In this document: one piece after another, positions 1-13,689 of the stretch | Numbering within the stretch: the stretch's first letter is position 1 | How the letters are laid out: the number at the start of each line of letters is the position of its first letter | DNA from: Octopus sinensis | Lineage: Eukaryota | Assembly: GCF_006345805.1 (NCBI RefSeq) | Contig: NC_043015.1 | Span: forward strand, 5,022,001-5,086,000 | Length of the DNA: 64,000 nucleotides | Direction: 5' to 3' | Position numbers and translations under genes: made by a program | The notes under the pieces: model-generated | The model's database searches: none | What the model was told of the DNA's origin: nothing | The model's input: the letters and a program-made list of their open reading frames with translations, nothing else

Positions 1-149
1 ACTTTGAACGGAATCATTATTTGGAAGCGATGTTCCTCAAGGTTAAGCCTACTTCTCACTTCTGAATTGGTATTTCATAAACATTAGACACAACTAAAGG
101 TGAATCTTTCTTTTATGCTCTTGATTCAAATAGATGTTGACATAAACAG

Positions 150-835
150 TACAAGTCCGTGCTAACACGTTGGGTATTGCTTCACGCCATATATGATTTG
201 GAAGCTGCACAGATGAACATGTATAATATTCTAATTCGAGAACTTGAATTTTCACAATTCGAACAAAGCTGTAATGTCGAAAAAAAGCAACCAAAATCAT
301 TATGCAGTCGATTGGATTACCGTAATGGGATAGCTCGAGAAAGAACGCTCGATGATCGCACACGGTTAGGTAGGCGTTAAAAGGTGGATTCCAAAGTTAT
401 GCTCCGAACCACACAGGTAAATCTTACTAGCAGAACTCGGAGATTATCAGAGCAGCTCGGTGTCTCACGCACGTAAGCCAATGAGTGGTAAAAGACCCGA
501 CATTTGGTTAACAGTAATCGAGCTCTTCTAACGCAGGTCAACGCAAGACCTGACACTATCTCGAACAACATAGAATAAACCATCGGTTTGATGCCACAGA
601 GTGAGTATTCAATATCTAGCTCCCTCACAATATTGGTTGTTTCGAGCCATGTCTCACTTCCTGCAACGCCTCACCAACCAAGAGTAGGTGTGAACAATAA
701 ACTGGCGGAAAAGTGGCTTCAAACAGTGTGACACGATTGATAACACTTTGAATACTAGGCTGTATTTTTTATGTAAAATTTCGAATAGAGCTAATAAATA
801 AAGAAAATATTATAAGCCTTTTGACAAAACAATAT
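150..835 (+). mobile_element. Degenerate, internally deleted mariner transposon remnant
   Basis: Broken frames read LDDRTRLGRR*KVDSKVML...TSRTRRLSEQLGVS (mariner HTH/linker-like) and QYWLFRAMSHFL (like DYHLFRSL of the mariner C-terminus); many stops. Confidence 0.6.
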
Positions 836-1795
836 GAAATGATATTAAACAATATTTATCCTTTTTCAGAAGCATGGTATGATTCAAAGTTATGTGGTGA
901 ATTATTATTTGAGGGAAAAGTTAGATATGTAGGTTGTTTCGAGAATTACAATGGTTTAAAAACGCCGGGAAATTTCAAAGAGCCTTTTGTATTATCATTT
1001 TCAGAGATACGTTGAAACATAGGTCATAGATCAACGTAGAAGGGAAACCGTTTATCATATTCCTCCCAGACTACATACTTTAGCACGTCAGTGTCTATCG
1101 GTGGATATTGCGTCATATGTTGAACAAATGACTGGATTATGAAACAAAACAAATATATACATATATATATATATATATTATCTATTTTATAGAATATTAA
1201 ATCATGGCATAATTTTCCAAACATTGTATGTTTTTGCTTTGTTCCATTTCATCTCTGTATAAGAAAGTGTTTTGAACAATGACAGGTTGTTGTTTTTTTA
1301 GTATAAGTCAGCCCTGTTTCTGGACTAACGATCACAGGCAATGTTCTCTAATCTCAAGTAAGAGCTCTCTCTGAAGACATATGATCAATAGAACGTTGTT
1401 ATTGTAGTTTAGTCCCGAGTCAACTCACAATCAGAAGCAGAATGACGTTCTTCTTTAGTGTCATGCCACTTCCATTTGAACAGACTTATGATCAAAGACG
1501 TTATTTGGACCAAAATTGCGTTCATGACTAACATCAATTAAGTTAGATAATATTATAGATCTAAATTCGCTGCACTTCAATGTAATAGGAAAATAATTTT
1601 CCTCAGTCCATTTGTAACCTTTGCTTCAGGATAGTTTCTTTTATTTGAGAAATATAACGTTAAGTTCCATTTGTTTTATTTCATATTTTCTGATGTCCGA
1701 TTATTAAATACAATTTAGAAAATAACTCATTATTTTTCTTTCATTTCTTTTCCATTTGTTGCCGATTGTCTTCCCGACACGTAGGGCAATGAAGC

Positions 1796-1855
<60 letters not shown>

Positions 1856-3019
1856 CATAGTGTTAACTCTCTAATAATTTATGTATAAATTTATATTATC
1901 TCCCTAGTGTTACGTGCTAAGACACTTGGTGTTAAATTAATGGTATTATTAAATTAATATCAATTTTTCACCCTCATTTATAAATATATATATATATATA
2001 TTATATATATATATATATATATTTAGATATACCATTAACAGTAACACATCAGATTTACAACTTTAAATTATATGAAAGAAAAAAAAGAAAAGGAAAACAG
2101 AAACGAAAGGGGCGAAAAAGAGATAAATTAAAAATAATTCTTCACTACGTGCAAAATGTTGACGACTGATACGAGTTGCTAGAAATAGAAACAGGGTACA
2201 GCTGTGGAGGTGATGTGTCAGAAATGAATATGTTTGTGTGTGTGTGTGTGTGTGTGCGTAGTTCATCTGAGATCAGTAGTCTACCGTGGAACTTAGAACA
2301 TTTCTCTCGGCTCTCTGCGGTCATTCGAAGCCCGACGTTTCGTAGACCTTTCTCGTTTGCCTGTTAGGCCTTTCTTCTCCTTGTGTGTCTGTTGATTACC
2401 GTGTTTATAATAATCGTGGCAGCTAAAAGGACATATATACTGCATCAGAGTTTATACATAAATAGGTCAGCTCCTGTCCATTTGAACATCGCCTGCTATG
2501 GCTGAGGTCGTTGGTCAATGGGAGATGATCAATCACTTTTTGGCAGGACAAAGAAAACATTTTTTCGCCCCTGTTGATCGTGGTTGTTTGGAAAACCGAG
2601 AATTCTTAGATGCGGTTTCGAATCTAGGCTTAGAGAGGGAAATGTTAATTCTTACACGTTTATAAAACTTAATATCGACACTGATGATAGTAGTAGCAAA
2701 ATGGTCTTACCATTAGCTTGAAATAAGATCTTATACGAGAGATATGTGTAGGTACGTGTAGATACTTGCACTTTAATACATCGGAATATCGACACTGATC
2801 ATAGTAGTGGGTATACTTTTTACCTTTGGCTTCAAATGAGATCTTATACGCGATTAACCAAAAGTTTAAGCTATTATCATTCTTTTACTCGACTACATGT
2901 GCTTTGATAGTTTTAAAGATGGATTTAACACCATTTGATGTCTATTTCAGTGTGCGGAGAGGTTTATTTCCAATCCGTTCTTATAATTGTGTTTATAATT
3001 AATATAATATTTGGAAAAT

Positions 3020-4450
3020 TTACCTATATTTTTTTCCTGGAAGAGATACAGAGTTAGCTCTTGAGCACCGTAGCCAATTTGAGCAGAGAATTATTGTTTT
3101 CAGAGCAGGGCCGGGAGTGGATGGTTTGTGTGGTATGTGTTGGGAGTAATCATCTAGAGACCGTTTGAATGCTGTGATATCAGTTTCCTCCTTTATGTGC
3201 GCTGGCACAATGTTGAAGAAAGCAGGTCAAGCTGTGGTGATATTGTTCTGCCGTAGTATTTTGATACGGCACGGGTGAAATTTAAATTGATACATATACC
3301 ATTTGGGCGAATTTTATGGAATATTTTATACACCATACAGATGATATAGCGCTCACTGAGGCGTCCGAGTGTGTAAAACCTGAGGATTTTTAGTCGATCC
3401 CAATAGTCAAGGCGTGTCATGTGTTCTTTTTCTTTATTAGTCTCTGGGGAGATTTACTTTTCGTAATATTCTCTATCGTGTGCGGGACCACAGTGGACAA
3501 CAGTATTCAAGTTAAGGGCGAGCAAAGATAGACAAAAATAGAATAGTGATAGATGCGTCTCTAGACCGGAAATCCTGAGGTTCCAGGAACATGCTCTGCG
3601 AGCCATGTCGACTTTGCTGTTTATGTGGGCACTACTTCTTATTTTGTTGTCAACAGTAACACCAATGATATCACGCGGGTTTGGCCCGAGGGGAGAGTGT
3701 GTGGCTGTCTCTTTACCGAAGTGTGTTAGGCTGTATTTTTTCTCGTTAAGCTGTATATTATGTTTCATCATCATCATCATCATCATCATCATTATCAGGT
3801 GTGTTTGTATTCCTAGATTTGCCCATCCAGCACCAAATATCTACTGCAACAAATTTGTTCCACTTATTTTAATGCTCCCTCTTTTAGCTCCAATCCTTTT
3901 GTGCCGGTAATTGCATCAGAATCCTTGTGAGATTTTCTCTTCTGAAACCAATATTTTCTAATGTAAGGCAACTTTTAGGAAAATCTCTCTAAGGTTCTTA
4001 ACGAATAATCTACGTATGACTACATATGCCTAACTTCATGTTAACTAATGAGATTCAGTTTGCCCTTGTCTTAAGGATCATTGTTATTCTCAAATTCTCT
4101 ACATAACATCTGTAGCAGAGATATTTCATTAATTTCTTAGAGTCTGCACCAAATCAAATGAATGATTTGACGCTTCCATTCAAAACTAATTTTATTGGAT
4201 CTTTTGCAGTTCTGGACTGCACATTTAAAGTTAAGTAAGGCTTTGGAAAATTTCTAGAATAACTAGTATATCTCAATTACATTTTGATATCCTCTGTATG
4301 ATAAATTACCAACACTACGCTTCTAAGATAACAGACGAATCCCATTCCATTCAATAGATTATACATGATCATGACATAACCAGTTTCATCGACTTCAATG
4401 AAAGCTGTCTTTCAAGAACATCAAAACACGTCGTTAAATATCTTATATCT
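3020..4450 (-). mobile_element. CR1/Jockey-superfamily LINE RT and 3' remnant
   Basis: ORF fragments RDIIGVTVDNKIRSSAHINSKVDMARRACSWNLR and LDYWDRLKILRFYTLGRLSERYIICMVYKI, plus KEETDITAFKRSLDDY, match the post-RT region of CR1-like LINEs; interrupted by (ATC)n at ~3765-3790. Confidence 0.7.
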
Positions 4451-4926
4451 ATTTACCTCTTAACATTTCGTTGTATGCACTGAATACGCTCAGGGCAGTT
4501 CAAATCCTCTCACGTAAGCTGATGCGCCCAACGTATATCCGCTCCTTTTGTGTATTTTGTATTTTTTTTAACCAGAAGCCCCTTAACAATATTATCGTGA
4601 ATAATGTAAACAATCGGACTTCTACAAGATTTATTTCGAACGTTTTGGATATTGCGTTTTATGGACAAATGAAGAACGAATACATCTGTTGAATAATACT
4701 GCTTCAATCGTTAGTGATTAGAAAGTGGCGATTAAATTCCAAATTATTTCAGTGTCAACATAGTTTTCAAAGAAATTGTTGTTGAGAGCATGTTTTAACT
4801 GTTATTTGTGCAACTATCCAAGTATGCAAGCATCTGGTCACAGAACTATATTTCCTAAATACTGATATTTCATCTATTCATATAGTCTAGATATGCAAAC
4901 AGTCATACATACAGATATTTGTGTAT

Positions 4927-4976
<50 letters not shown>

Positions 4977-4999
4977 ACACACACACACACATACATATA

Positions 5000-6206
5000 T
5001 ATCAGGCCATCCCATAAGTTCTGTCCGATTTCCCCTTTTTTAAATTTTAATGAAATTTAATAGAATTTTAGAATATCTAATGGAATTAAAAATTATTTTT
5101 ATGCATTTCTGTACGTTTAAACTAAGTAAAGAGTATTTTACAGAATAATAGAATTAAAATTTCCTTGATGAAAACCATTTCTAACATGAAAGTATCCAAA
5201 GAGCCTTTCAGGCACATAATGCTTTGTGATTACAAAAAAGGACTCTGTAGCTGAAGTGACTTGAAACATACACTCAGTTTATGGGAACGAATGATTGAAT
5301 GAAAGAAATGGCAGAAGATGGTTTGCAAAATTTAGAAGTAGAGATTTCAGCCTTAAAGATGAAGATCGAACAGGACGTCCAGTTGTGTTTGGTGATAAGC
5401 TCCTTGAGGCATCACCTGAAGAAAATCCTGCATTATCACTTGAAAATTGACAATAAAGCTTAGTTCAAACCATACAACTGTTCATCGTCATGTTCAACAA
5501 TTTGGAAAGTTTCCTAGTCTTGGAAAATGGGTGCCTCATGAATTATCCGAAAGCAACCGCAAATCCTGAGTTGACATGTACTCTTCTCTCCGTTCTTGCA
5601 ACCTCATTTCACCCTTTTTTGATGCACTTGTGTCTGGTGACGAAAAATGGAACATCTAGCGAAGTGCTTCTCTCTATCTGGTGGGATTGCAAAGAAATAA
5701 TTCACTTTGAATTGTTCCTACTACTACCTAATGCAACCATCAATGTTCAAGTTTACTGCCAGCAATTAGAGCGCTTCAATCAAGCTTTAAAGTAAAAAAT
5801 ACCCACGTTAGTGAATCGAAAAGGAGTGATGGTTTATCAGGACAATGCGCGACCCCACGCCCTAAAGATCACATCCCAAAAGATCGAAGAGCGTGGTTGA
5901 GAAAAATTCCTCATCCACCTTATTCTCCCGAACTAGTTACCTCAGGCTACCATTTATTTCGTAGTTCACAAAATCATTTCAGGGACATAAATTTCGCAAG
6001 CCAGGAGGAGGTTGAAACTAATATGTCATCGGTTTGAAACCAAAAGAGTTTAAAATTGATGGAATTACAAAGCTTGTAAGTAGATGGAAGGATGCCATAG
6101 ACAATAAGTGAAAGTGTTTTGATGTTTCAATTTCAATTAAATATAACATTAGTTCATTTGTTTTCTTTATTAAAAATTCGGACAGAGCTTATGGGATGAC
6201 CTGGTA
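5000..6206 (+). mobile_element. mariner element with both TIRs, TA flanks, inactivated transposase
   Basis: Left end ta-tcaggccatcccataagttctgtccgattt matches the reverse complement of right end aaattcggacagagcttatgggatgacctgg-ta. Motifs RRWFAKFRSRDFSLKDEDRTGRP, GDEKW, QDNARPH and HPPYSPELVTSGYHLF (third catalytic D reads G); frameshifts, stops and an internal deletion. Confidence 0.9.
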
Positions 6207-6217
6207 TGGGATGACAT

Positions 6218-6250
<33 letters not shown>

Positions 6251-6253
6251 CAT

Positions 6254-6304
<51 letters not shown>

Positions 6305-6735
6305 AACACATATATACATATATGTGTATATATATATACATACATACATACATATAAACACATCTATGCTTTGATTTCATTTGTCAGTTCTCTCATGTCT
6401 TTCATTAATTTTAATCCTTCAGCTATTTAATGCTGTTTCGTGGGGCCTATAATCGCCTATATTATTGATTCTGTTATTATCTTGTTTTTAAGATAGTTAC
6501 ATTGGACACTAACAGAATTGATGATATCTTCACAAATTAATTTTTCGTGAATTATTTATTCCCGTAACTTGATTGCTACTGTATCGAGATTATTTCCACA
6601 CTGGTGGCTGCCATTATTTCGGCGCAGAACGAATCAGTTCCATCGCAGTCTTCCAAAGATACTCCGAGAGTCTCTGCCATGGTGAACATATGCGGAGGAT
6701 GCTAAGGTCATTTTATGCATATATGTATATGTATG

Positions 6736-6770
<35 letters not shown>

Positions 6771-6775
<5 letters not shown>

Positions 6776-7806
6776 AAAGCAATAAAGATTCAAGTTAATT
6801 TAATGAATTTACTTGAATATGGTACCTAACTTAAATGCACCAAAAAAAACTATACTGTTTTAACAATACAGTAATGTGGGGTGATTATAAGCGAGAAAGA
6901 AGCAACAAGAATGGATAGGTTTTTAGTACAATCGTTTCATACAAGGACAGGCTTTATTAAAAGTTGTAAAAATTACAGCATATAAACGTGTCCCGTACTC
7001 ATCAGCTAAAATACATGTGAGTTCTCTATACATCCTAGTGGTTGAGGCTATACTCATGAAGTAATGTAGATAATTAAGTAACATAAACATATTTCCAAAG
7101 TTCATTAAAGTTCTTTAAAGATGATGTACAATCTTATCACAGAATTTAAAAAAAGTTTTAATAGCATCACAGAGAAGGTGACCTAATCCATAGAGCACAT
7201 ATGAACTTCCAGAGATATGATGAGGGATTACATACTCACAGAAGACAAATTTATCCATTGTTAATCACAACGAGGTGGGTCTCAATTCCTGCTTATTAGC
7301 ATTACAGAGAGGGTGAATTACTCCTTTGTATAGATGCACAATTTCCGATGGTGTAGATGTAAATTTCCAGAGAAATGAAGAGGAATTTCATATTCACAGG
7401 CGATAAATTTATCAATGGTTGAACACAATGAGGTAGGTATCAATTCTTGTTATATGATTAGGTATTTGCCACATTAATCACATTACTGCTATTTACAAGA
7501 GGCTGTAGCTATTTAACTTTTAAAGGCTGAAGGGCTTTCTAGAGAGGTAAAGAATAGAAAAGGGAAGGGAATAGAAGAAAAGAGAGAAAATAAAGGAGGA
7601 GGGGGGCAAAAAAGGGGGGGAAGGGGACTAAAAGAGAAGAGAAAAGGAAAAAGAGAATAAGAAGAAGAAAAAGAAAAAAGAGAAAAGAGAAAGAAATAGG
7701 GAAAGAAGGGAAAGAAGAAAAAGAAAAACAGAGGGTTCTAGTTATACAGAAGAATTAGTAGACGGCAAGTCTGGTTTTAATTTACAGGCATCTAGGAACT
7801 AGAGGA

Positions 7807-7810
<4 letters not shown>
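6771..7810 (-). mobile_element. 5'-truncated Penelope-like element, 3' ~1 kb (same family as 60757-63853)
   Basis: Closely matches 60757-61800 over ~1 kb; flanked on both sides by (TA)n; contains an HHR fold. Confidence 0.8.
6921..7011 (-). ncRNA. Type I hammerhead ribozyme, long stem II
   Basis: Minus strand: ttttag CTGATGA gtacgggac...gtccttgtat GAAAC gatt GTA ctaaaa; stem I ttttag/ctaaaa. Confidence 0.75.
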
Positions 7811-7854
<44 letters not shown>

Positions 7855-7886
7855 CAGACATATGTAAACACACACATATACACCTA

Positions 7887-7971
<85 letters not shown>

Positions 7972-8120
7972 ATACATACATATATATATATATATACTTA
8001 TATATATATATATATACTTATATATGTATATATATATATAATTATATATGTATATATATATATTTATGTATATATATGTGTATATATATACATACATATA
8101 TATATGTATATATATATATT

Positions 8121-8192
<72 letters not shown>

Positions 8193-8464
8193 TTAATGTA
8201 TATATGCATGTATATATATATATATATATACATTGTGTATGCACTGAAAGATGATCCACCACGCATCCGCACAATATCCGATGACTGTCCGTTATCCGAT
8301 CTGCGTTCCTTTTGTTTGTTTGCGCACATATGTGTGGTTTAGTGTTCGTGCGCATACACATAAGTATTTATGCATGTATGTATATATACACACAAATACA
8401 TACATATGTGAATGCACACTCACACTGATCCATACACATATATGATGGTTTTTGTTCACTTCCT

Positions 8465-8610
8465 GTTTACCAATTCCACTCAGCAAGGCCTCGGTCGGTC
8501 GGAGGCTTTAGTAGAAGACTTGCCAAGGTGTCAGGCTGTTGGACTGAACCTGGGACTATGTAGTTGGTAAACAAGCTACTTACCACACTGACACTCTTGC
8601 TCCTATACTC
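8465..8610 (-). mobile_element. tRNA-derived SINE 5' fragment (Octopus-type)
   Basis: Minus strand gtgtggtaagtagcttgtttacc...ccaggttcagtcc (A/B-box-like head); same family as 46750-47158. Confidence 0.75.
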
Positions 8611-8679
8611 ACACACACACATATATACATCTATATATATATATGTATGCATATATATATATTGTATATACATACACAC

Positions 8680-9140
8680 ATCGGAGGTGGTACTTCAGTA
8701 GCGTGGCTTCACCTCCGATGTGTAGGGCATATCTCCAGCATGGAGAATCATCGCCTTCCAAAGATTGCAGTTTGGCGAACTCTCCACCGGCCACCGAGTG
8801 AGAGGAGCTCCGAGGAACCGCTACAAAGACTGCTTCAAGATGTCTCTAACAGCATGCCATATTAACCACCAATGCTGGTCAGACCTCTGGCTGCGGACCG
8901 TGACGTCTGGCCCCACACGGTCTTCAACGCAGTCAGCAAGTTTGAAGAACAAAGAAGAGACGCGCTTAAAGACAAGAGACGCAGGAGGAATGCGCAAGCC
9001 GCCTCTGACACCACAGCGGATGTTAGTTTCGTCTGTGGACACTGCTTACAGACCTGCCTTTCCCATATTGGACTTGTCAGTCATGAGCGTGCATGCACGC
9101 GACATAGACAACCATCCTGATCTTTGTTCGCGAAGCCAAG
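8680..9140 (+). mobile_element. RTE-clade LINE 3' end
   Basis: Frames give GHISSMENHRLPKIA / GELSTGHRVRGAPRNRYKDCFKMSLTACHINH / FVCGHCLQTCLSHIGLVSHERAC (RTE C-terminal Zn-knuckle). Confidence 0.85.
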
Positions 9141-11115
9141 CCATACATACATACACACATATACATATATAAATATATATACATACATACACACATATAT
9201 ATATATATATACACCCATATACATATATATATACATATATGTATGCATGTATGTATGTAATTTATGTGCATATTTTCTATGTGTGTGCATGCCTGTATGT
9301 GTATGCTTATATGCTATGTTGCTTGTTCAGCCGATACCACTCTCTGATTAACTTCCAATCGAACGATACGGTTGGCTTTAGAGCAATAAATATATGACTA
9401 TGTGTTAGAGAAAATATGATGGTGTAGGCGACTAGAAATCAAAGGACAAAGTTTGTTATCTTTCCGTAAAGTTTACAAATGTTATCAATCATCTATTTTG
9501 GCTCCTAGTTTATCATGAAAGTGTTTCTTCTTGATTCAGCCAAAATAACCCGCATTGATGTATCTCAAGAAAAACACATGCCCGCTTAAGCTAACATCGC
9601 CAAATAAATCATTGCGTATCGGAATCTTAACGTCTGCCTGTCTGTCTATAAAACTCGTTATCATATCAGATTTTTCTTATAGAAATATATATGTTTACGC
9701 TGGTAAGCCAAACATCATATTCTGTTACGAACGCTGGGTGTTAAACATGAAAGATTATGCTTCTATTTATTTCCTGTTTGTTATTTTATCATTATTATAA
9801 TAATAATGATATCCATATATTTTTCCTTTACTTCGTTGAATCCTCTTGGATTTAGAAATTATTGAGAAGTTCTTACTTTCCTAGTAGACCATGTCTTGAT
9901 TCATTAATTTGTATTGCTACTCTGAAATTTGTAAGTCACGTAAAGTCAACAAGCGAGGAATAGTTGTTTGCTTAATATATATTTAAAGTTTATTAGAGTA
10001 CTCCTCCGAAACAATTGTGTCACTTAGTCCATTTAATTGAAGATCATTATATTGTGGGAATTAGCAAAGACTGTGAAAAATATTTACGAACATTTGAGGT
10101 TTTTCTTCTTTTTTCTAAATTAAAAAAAATTAACCCTCCATTCTGGATTTTCATTCTGCCAACCAAAATATATCTAATGGTACATGAGAAGCGAAATCAA
10201 ATGTGTTAGTCGCTGCTATTTACATAACAGCTTTCGATGCATAACAAATAACTAGGTCGACTGAAGTATGTTTATCCAAATTTTCTAAAACAAAAATATA
10301 AATTGTTCTATGATGAGTGTTTCGTAGTTTAAAACAAATTAACCACTTCACAGCAATATACAAATATATTCGTGTGAGTGTTATATGAAAGCGATAGTTT
10401 GCTTTATTTGAAAGAACTAATCACTCTACTTTTATTAATGTTTTCGTCTAATTATACGTGATAGAAATAATGTTAGTCAGTTTATAAATATAATAAACTG
10501 AATATATTATTATTGGATATATTATTTCCATTAGATTTTTCATCATTATATAACTATTTAATACATACGCTATAGAAATATGCATATAGCACGCAAACTT
10601 GTTATAACTTATCCTTCGAGACCTATCCATGTATTTGAACTTGCATTTTAAAGCTCAATAATAATGTTTCGAATAATTACTGGATAATAATGTACTCTAT
10701 CTACTTACAGCAGATTGATGCATCAACTAAATGTGCAAAATTATGACTACGGTTAATTATAAATGAAATTCTGCAAGTAATTAGCACATTTAGTATAGCA
10801 CTAATGTTATACATGATAGATGTTCATGACGCAAGAAAAATTTAAATGCCCCTAACCTTTTTAAAAATACAGTTACTGAAAATAGCATTTTGTTCAATTA
10901 ATCTCAGATTATTTTCTTATATTTCATATATTTTAATGAATTTTTCCAGACTGGAATGCACAAAGCGGAAACAGACAAAATATACCAAGTTTAATAGAAA
11001 TTACATGTATTTAATAATGTTTAAAACAGTTTAATACAGACACTATTTGGCAGATGACTGCCTTCAAATCGTGCCGAGATCAAATTTGCATTTGATCTAA
11101 TCGGGGTCCATAATA

Positions 11116-11675
11116 TATTGGTTTTGATCGGAAAGTTCTTTCCGATTTATAGTAGCTTATATTTTGACTTATGTTAGAACATTTTTGAGTCCATAAAATA
11201 GGATTTGACTACACTTCCATTAGGAGCACAATTTACGCTATATTTTCGGGGAAGAAGATTTATGTTCCTATAACCTGTGTTAATTTTGTAACTCTTTAAA
11301 CTGGAAGATAAGAAAGTTAATTTTCAGCACTTCATGCTTTTCTTTTTCCGTAAAGGGAAAAATGCCCCACAAGCAACCAAAGAAATATGCTCAGTTTACG
11401 GTGATATTTCTTATATCCGAATGGACTATACGCAAGTGGTTCGCAAGGTTCCGAGCTGAGATTGTAGCCTTAGTAATAAAGAACGACCAGGCAGACCATC
11501 CACTACAGATGATGTCCAAATCAAGTCATTTAGTAAGAATAACCCACATTTCGCAACCCGAGAATTGGCAGAAAGCCTCAACCTATCAAAATCCGTCGTG
11601 CCTGGTAAAGGCGAGTATTTATTGATCTTCTTCTTTCCTTTAAAAATCGGAACGAACTTTCCGGACAACCCAATA
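11116..11675 (+). mobile_element. Non-autonomous mariner deletion derivative
   Basis: TIRs tattggttttgatcggaaagttctttccgattt and aaaatcggaacgaactttccggacaacccaata; internal N-terminal transposase fragment (WTIRKWFARFRA). Confidence 0.8.
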
Positions 11676-12265
11676 GTATGCAAGTGAAGTGCTAGTGATG
11701 GTGATATCCACTGACGCCTGCCTTTCAAAACCTCTGGTCCTGCGCCAAAGTAACAAATCATTATTTGTTTAACGATTAATTGTCTAATTTTAGCGAAATT
11801 ACTATATGCTGTTATGTGTCACAACAAACAAAATAAAGAACAAAAATAAATCATTTGAATATAGTGCTTTAAAAGACAGCATAAACTAAAATATTTTTTT
11901 TAAATGCTTTCTACAAAGCTGTTAATGGTTTGTCTCAGTATTTAAGCAAGTGTGCTCTTGATAAACGATATGTGTTGCAATATACAGTAGATTCAATAGA
12001 CGTATAATCAAAGCGAAAGAAATATATAAAATCATAAATCAGCCGAATTGTCTGCTCGAAGAAACAAGTAATAAATAATATGAAAAAGTTTTATTAAATT
12101 CCACAATGCAGAAATTATGCAATATTGGAAATCAGCGAAATGCAGACATTTCGATAGTTTAGACGTGTTAATTAGTTGCCACCTTTTTTTTCTTCATATG
12201 AAAACATAAATGTTGGAGTACATACTTTCGTTATAAGCAATGCACACAGAAGCAAGTTATAAACA

Positions 12266-12326
<61 letters not shown>

Positions 12327-12404
12327 TTGTGTGTGTATACATATATGTATGTATATATATATGTATGTATACATATATATATATATATTATATATATATA
12401 TATA

Positions 12405-12436
<32 letters not shown>

Positions 12437-12491
12437 ATGTATGTAGATGTATGTATATATATGTGTGTATATATGTATGTATATGTATATA

Positions 12492-12566
<75 letters not shown>

Positions 12567-12599
12567 ATATGTCATTCTGGTGTAATCAAATACTTGCAT

Positions 12600-13420
12600 A
12601 GGAAGGATTGAGCCTCCCAAGGACATTCATGTGGACATCGTTAAGACATAGGTGTATGACTCTCCAGCACTATCTAAAGTTTAAAAGTGGGCAGCTAGAT
12701 TTTGTAGAAGAATGGAGAGGTTTGACGTTGAGCCTGACTCTAACCCTAACCATTGTCGTCCTGCATCTTCCACCACGGAGAAAACATTGTTCATGCTCAC
12801 CACAATCTGATACAGGACTATAAATGAAACAGCTAACGGTATTAGTATATGACGTGTGAACATTCAGAATATTCTGTATAATGAACTTAGCCTGAAATGA
12901 TTCTACGTTGGGGTTACCACCAGGCTGATTGCACCAAAAGGGAATCTGACATTTTTTGAGGCAGTTCTAGTTTATTTCGTTGAACGTATCCAAATTCATG
13001 ATGACCGTTGGATTTATCACTTCAACAAGAGACAAAGAAACAATCCAGACAGTCTAAACAACCCTCCTCACCTGTTCCGAACGAGGTCACCGTCGTACCA
13101 TTGGGAGGAAAGATGATGGTCTCAGGTTTTGATGACGCAAATATCATTGCGTTCATTCACCATTTACAAGAGAGTTACACCATTAATGTTGAGTAATATG
13201 CCAATTTTCTGAGAAGGTTACCTAAAATGTTGTCATTTGTTTTTTTCAAGAGGACAAAGTTTCAGTGTACAAGTCCTTCGTTACAATGTTCATGACTGTG
13301 GCTTTGAACGTGTAGGTCATTCACCCTTTTCTCCCGATTCGGCCGCAGTGATGATGATGTCATGTCTGCTGTTGAAACCATACCAATGGAAGAATTTTAT
13401 GGATCGCAAGGGGACTGTGT
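12600..13420 (+). mobile_element. Degenerate mariner transposase remnant (second subfamily)
   Basis: Broken frames resemble KKWAA.F, RW.YH...ETKKQS, GGKMMVSGF.DA..I.FIHHLQ and GHSPFSPD.A; no clear TIRs. Confidence 0.65.
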
Positions 13421-13689
13421 TGAAAACTAAAACTTACTTGGTCACATTTCATGAGAGAATCTTGGTCAGACTATGAAATTTTCATCCCACACTGGTGCAC
13501 ACGCGCATATTTTATTTTACATTAGGCTGGGTCCTTGCTGGGGCAGTGCCTTCAATCTTTAGTCGAATAAATCGACTCAAGTACTTCTTGCTTACGCCTG
13601 GTACTTACCTTGTCACTTTCTTTAACAGAACGGCGACGTACCCACTCGAACATTAATCAAGAGGTTCTGGTGGTGGTTCTGGTCTGCTT

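Noticed and set aside
7799-8361. Many ORF-track entries of YI/IY/CV/HT repeats (also at 6.2, 12.2, 15.6, 29.0, 34.5, 50.4-51.0, 54.0 kb)
   Set aside because: Translations of (TA)n/(CA)n microsatellites, which lack stop codons; not genes.
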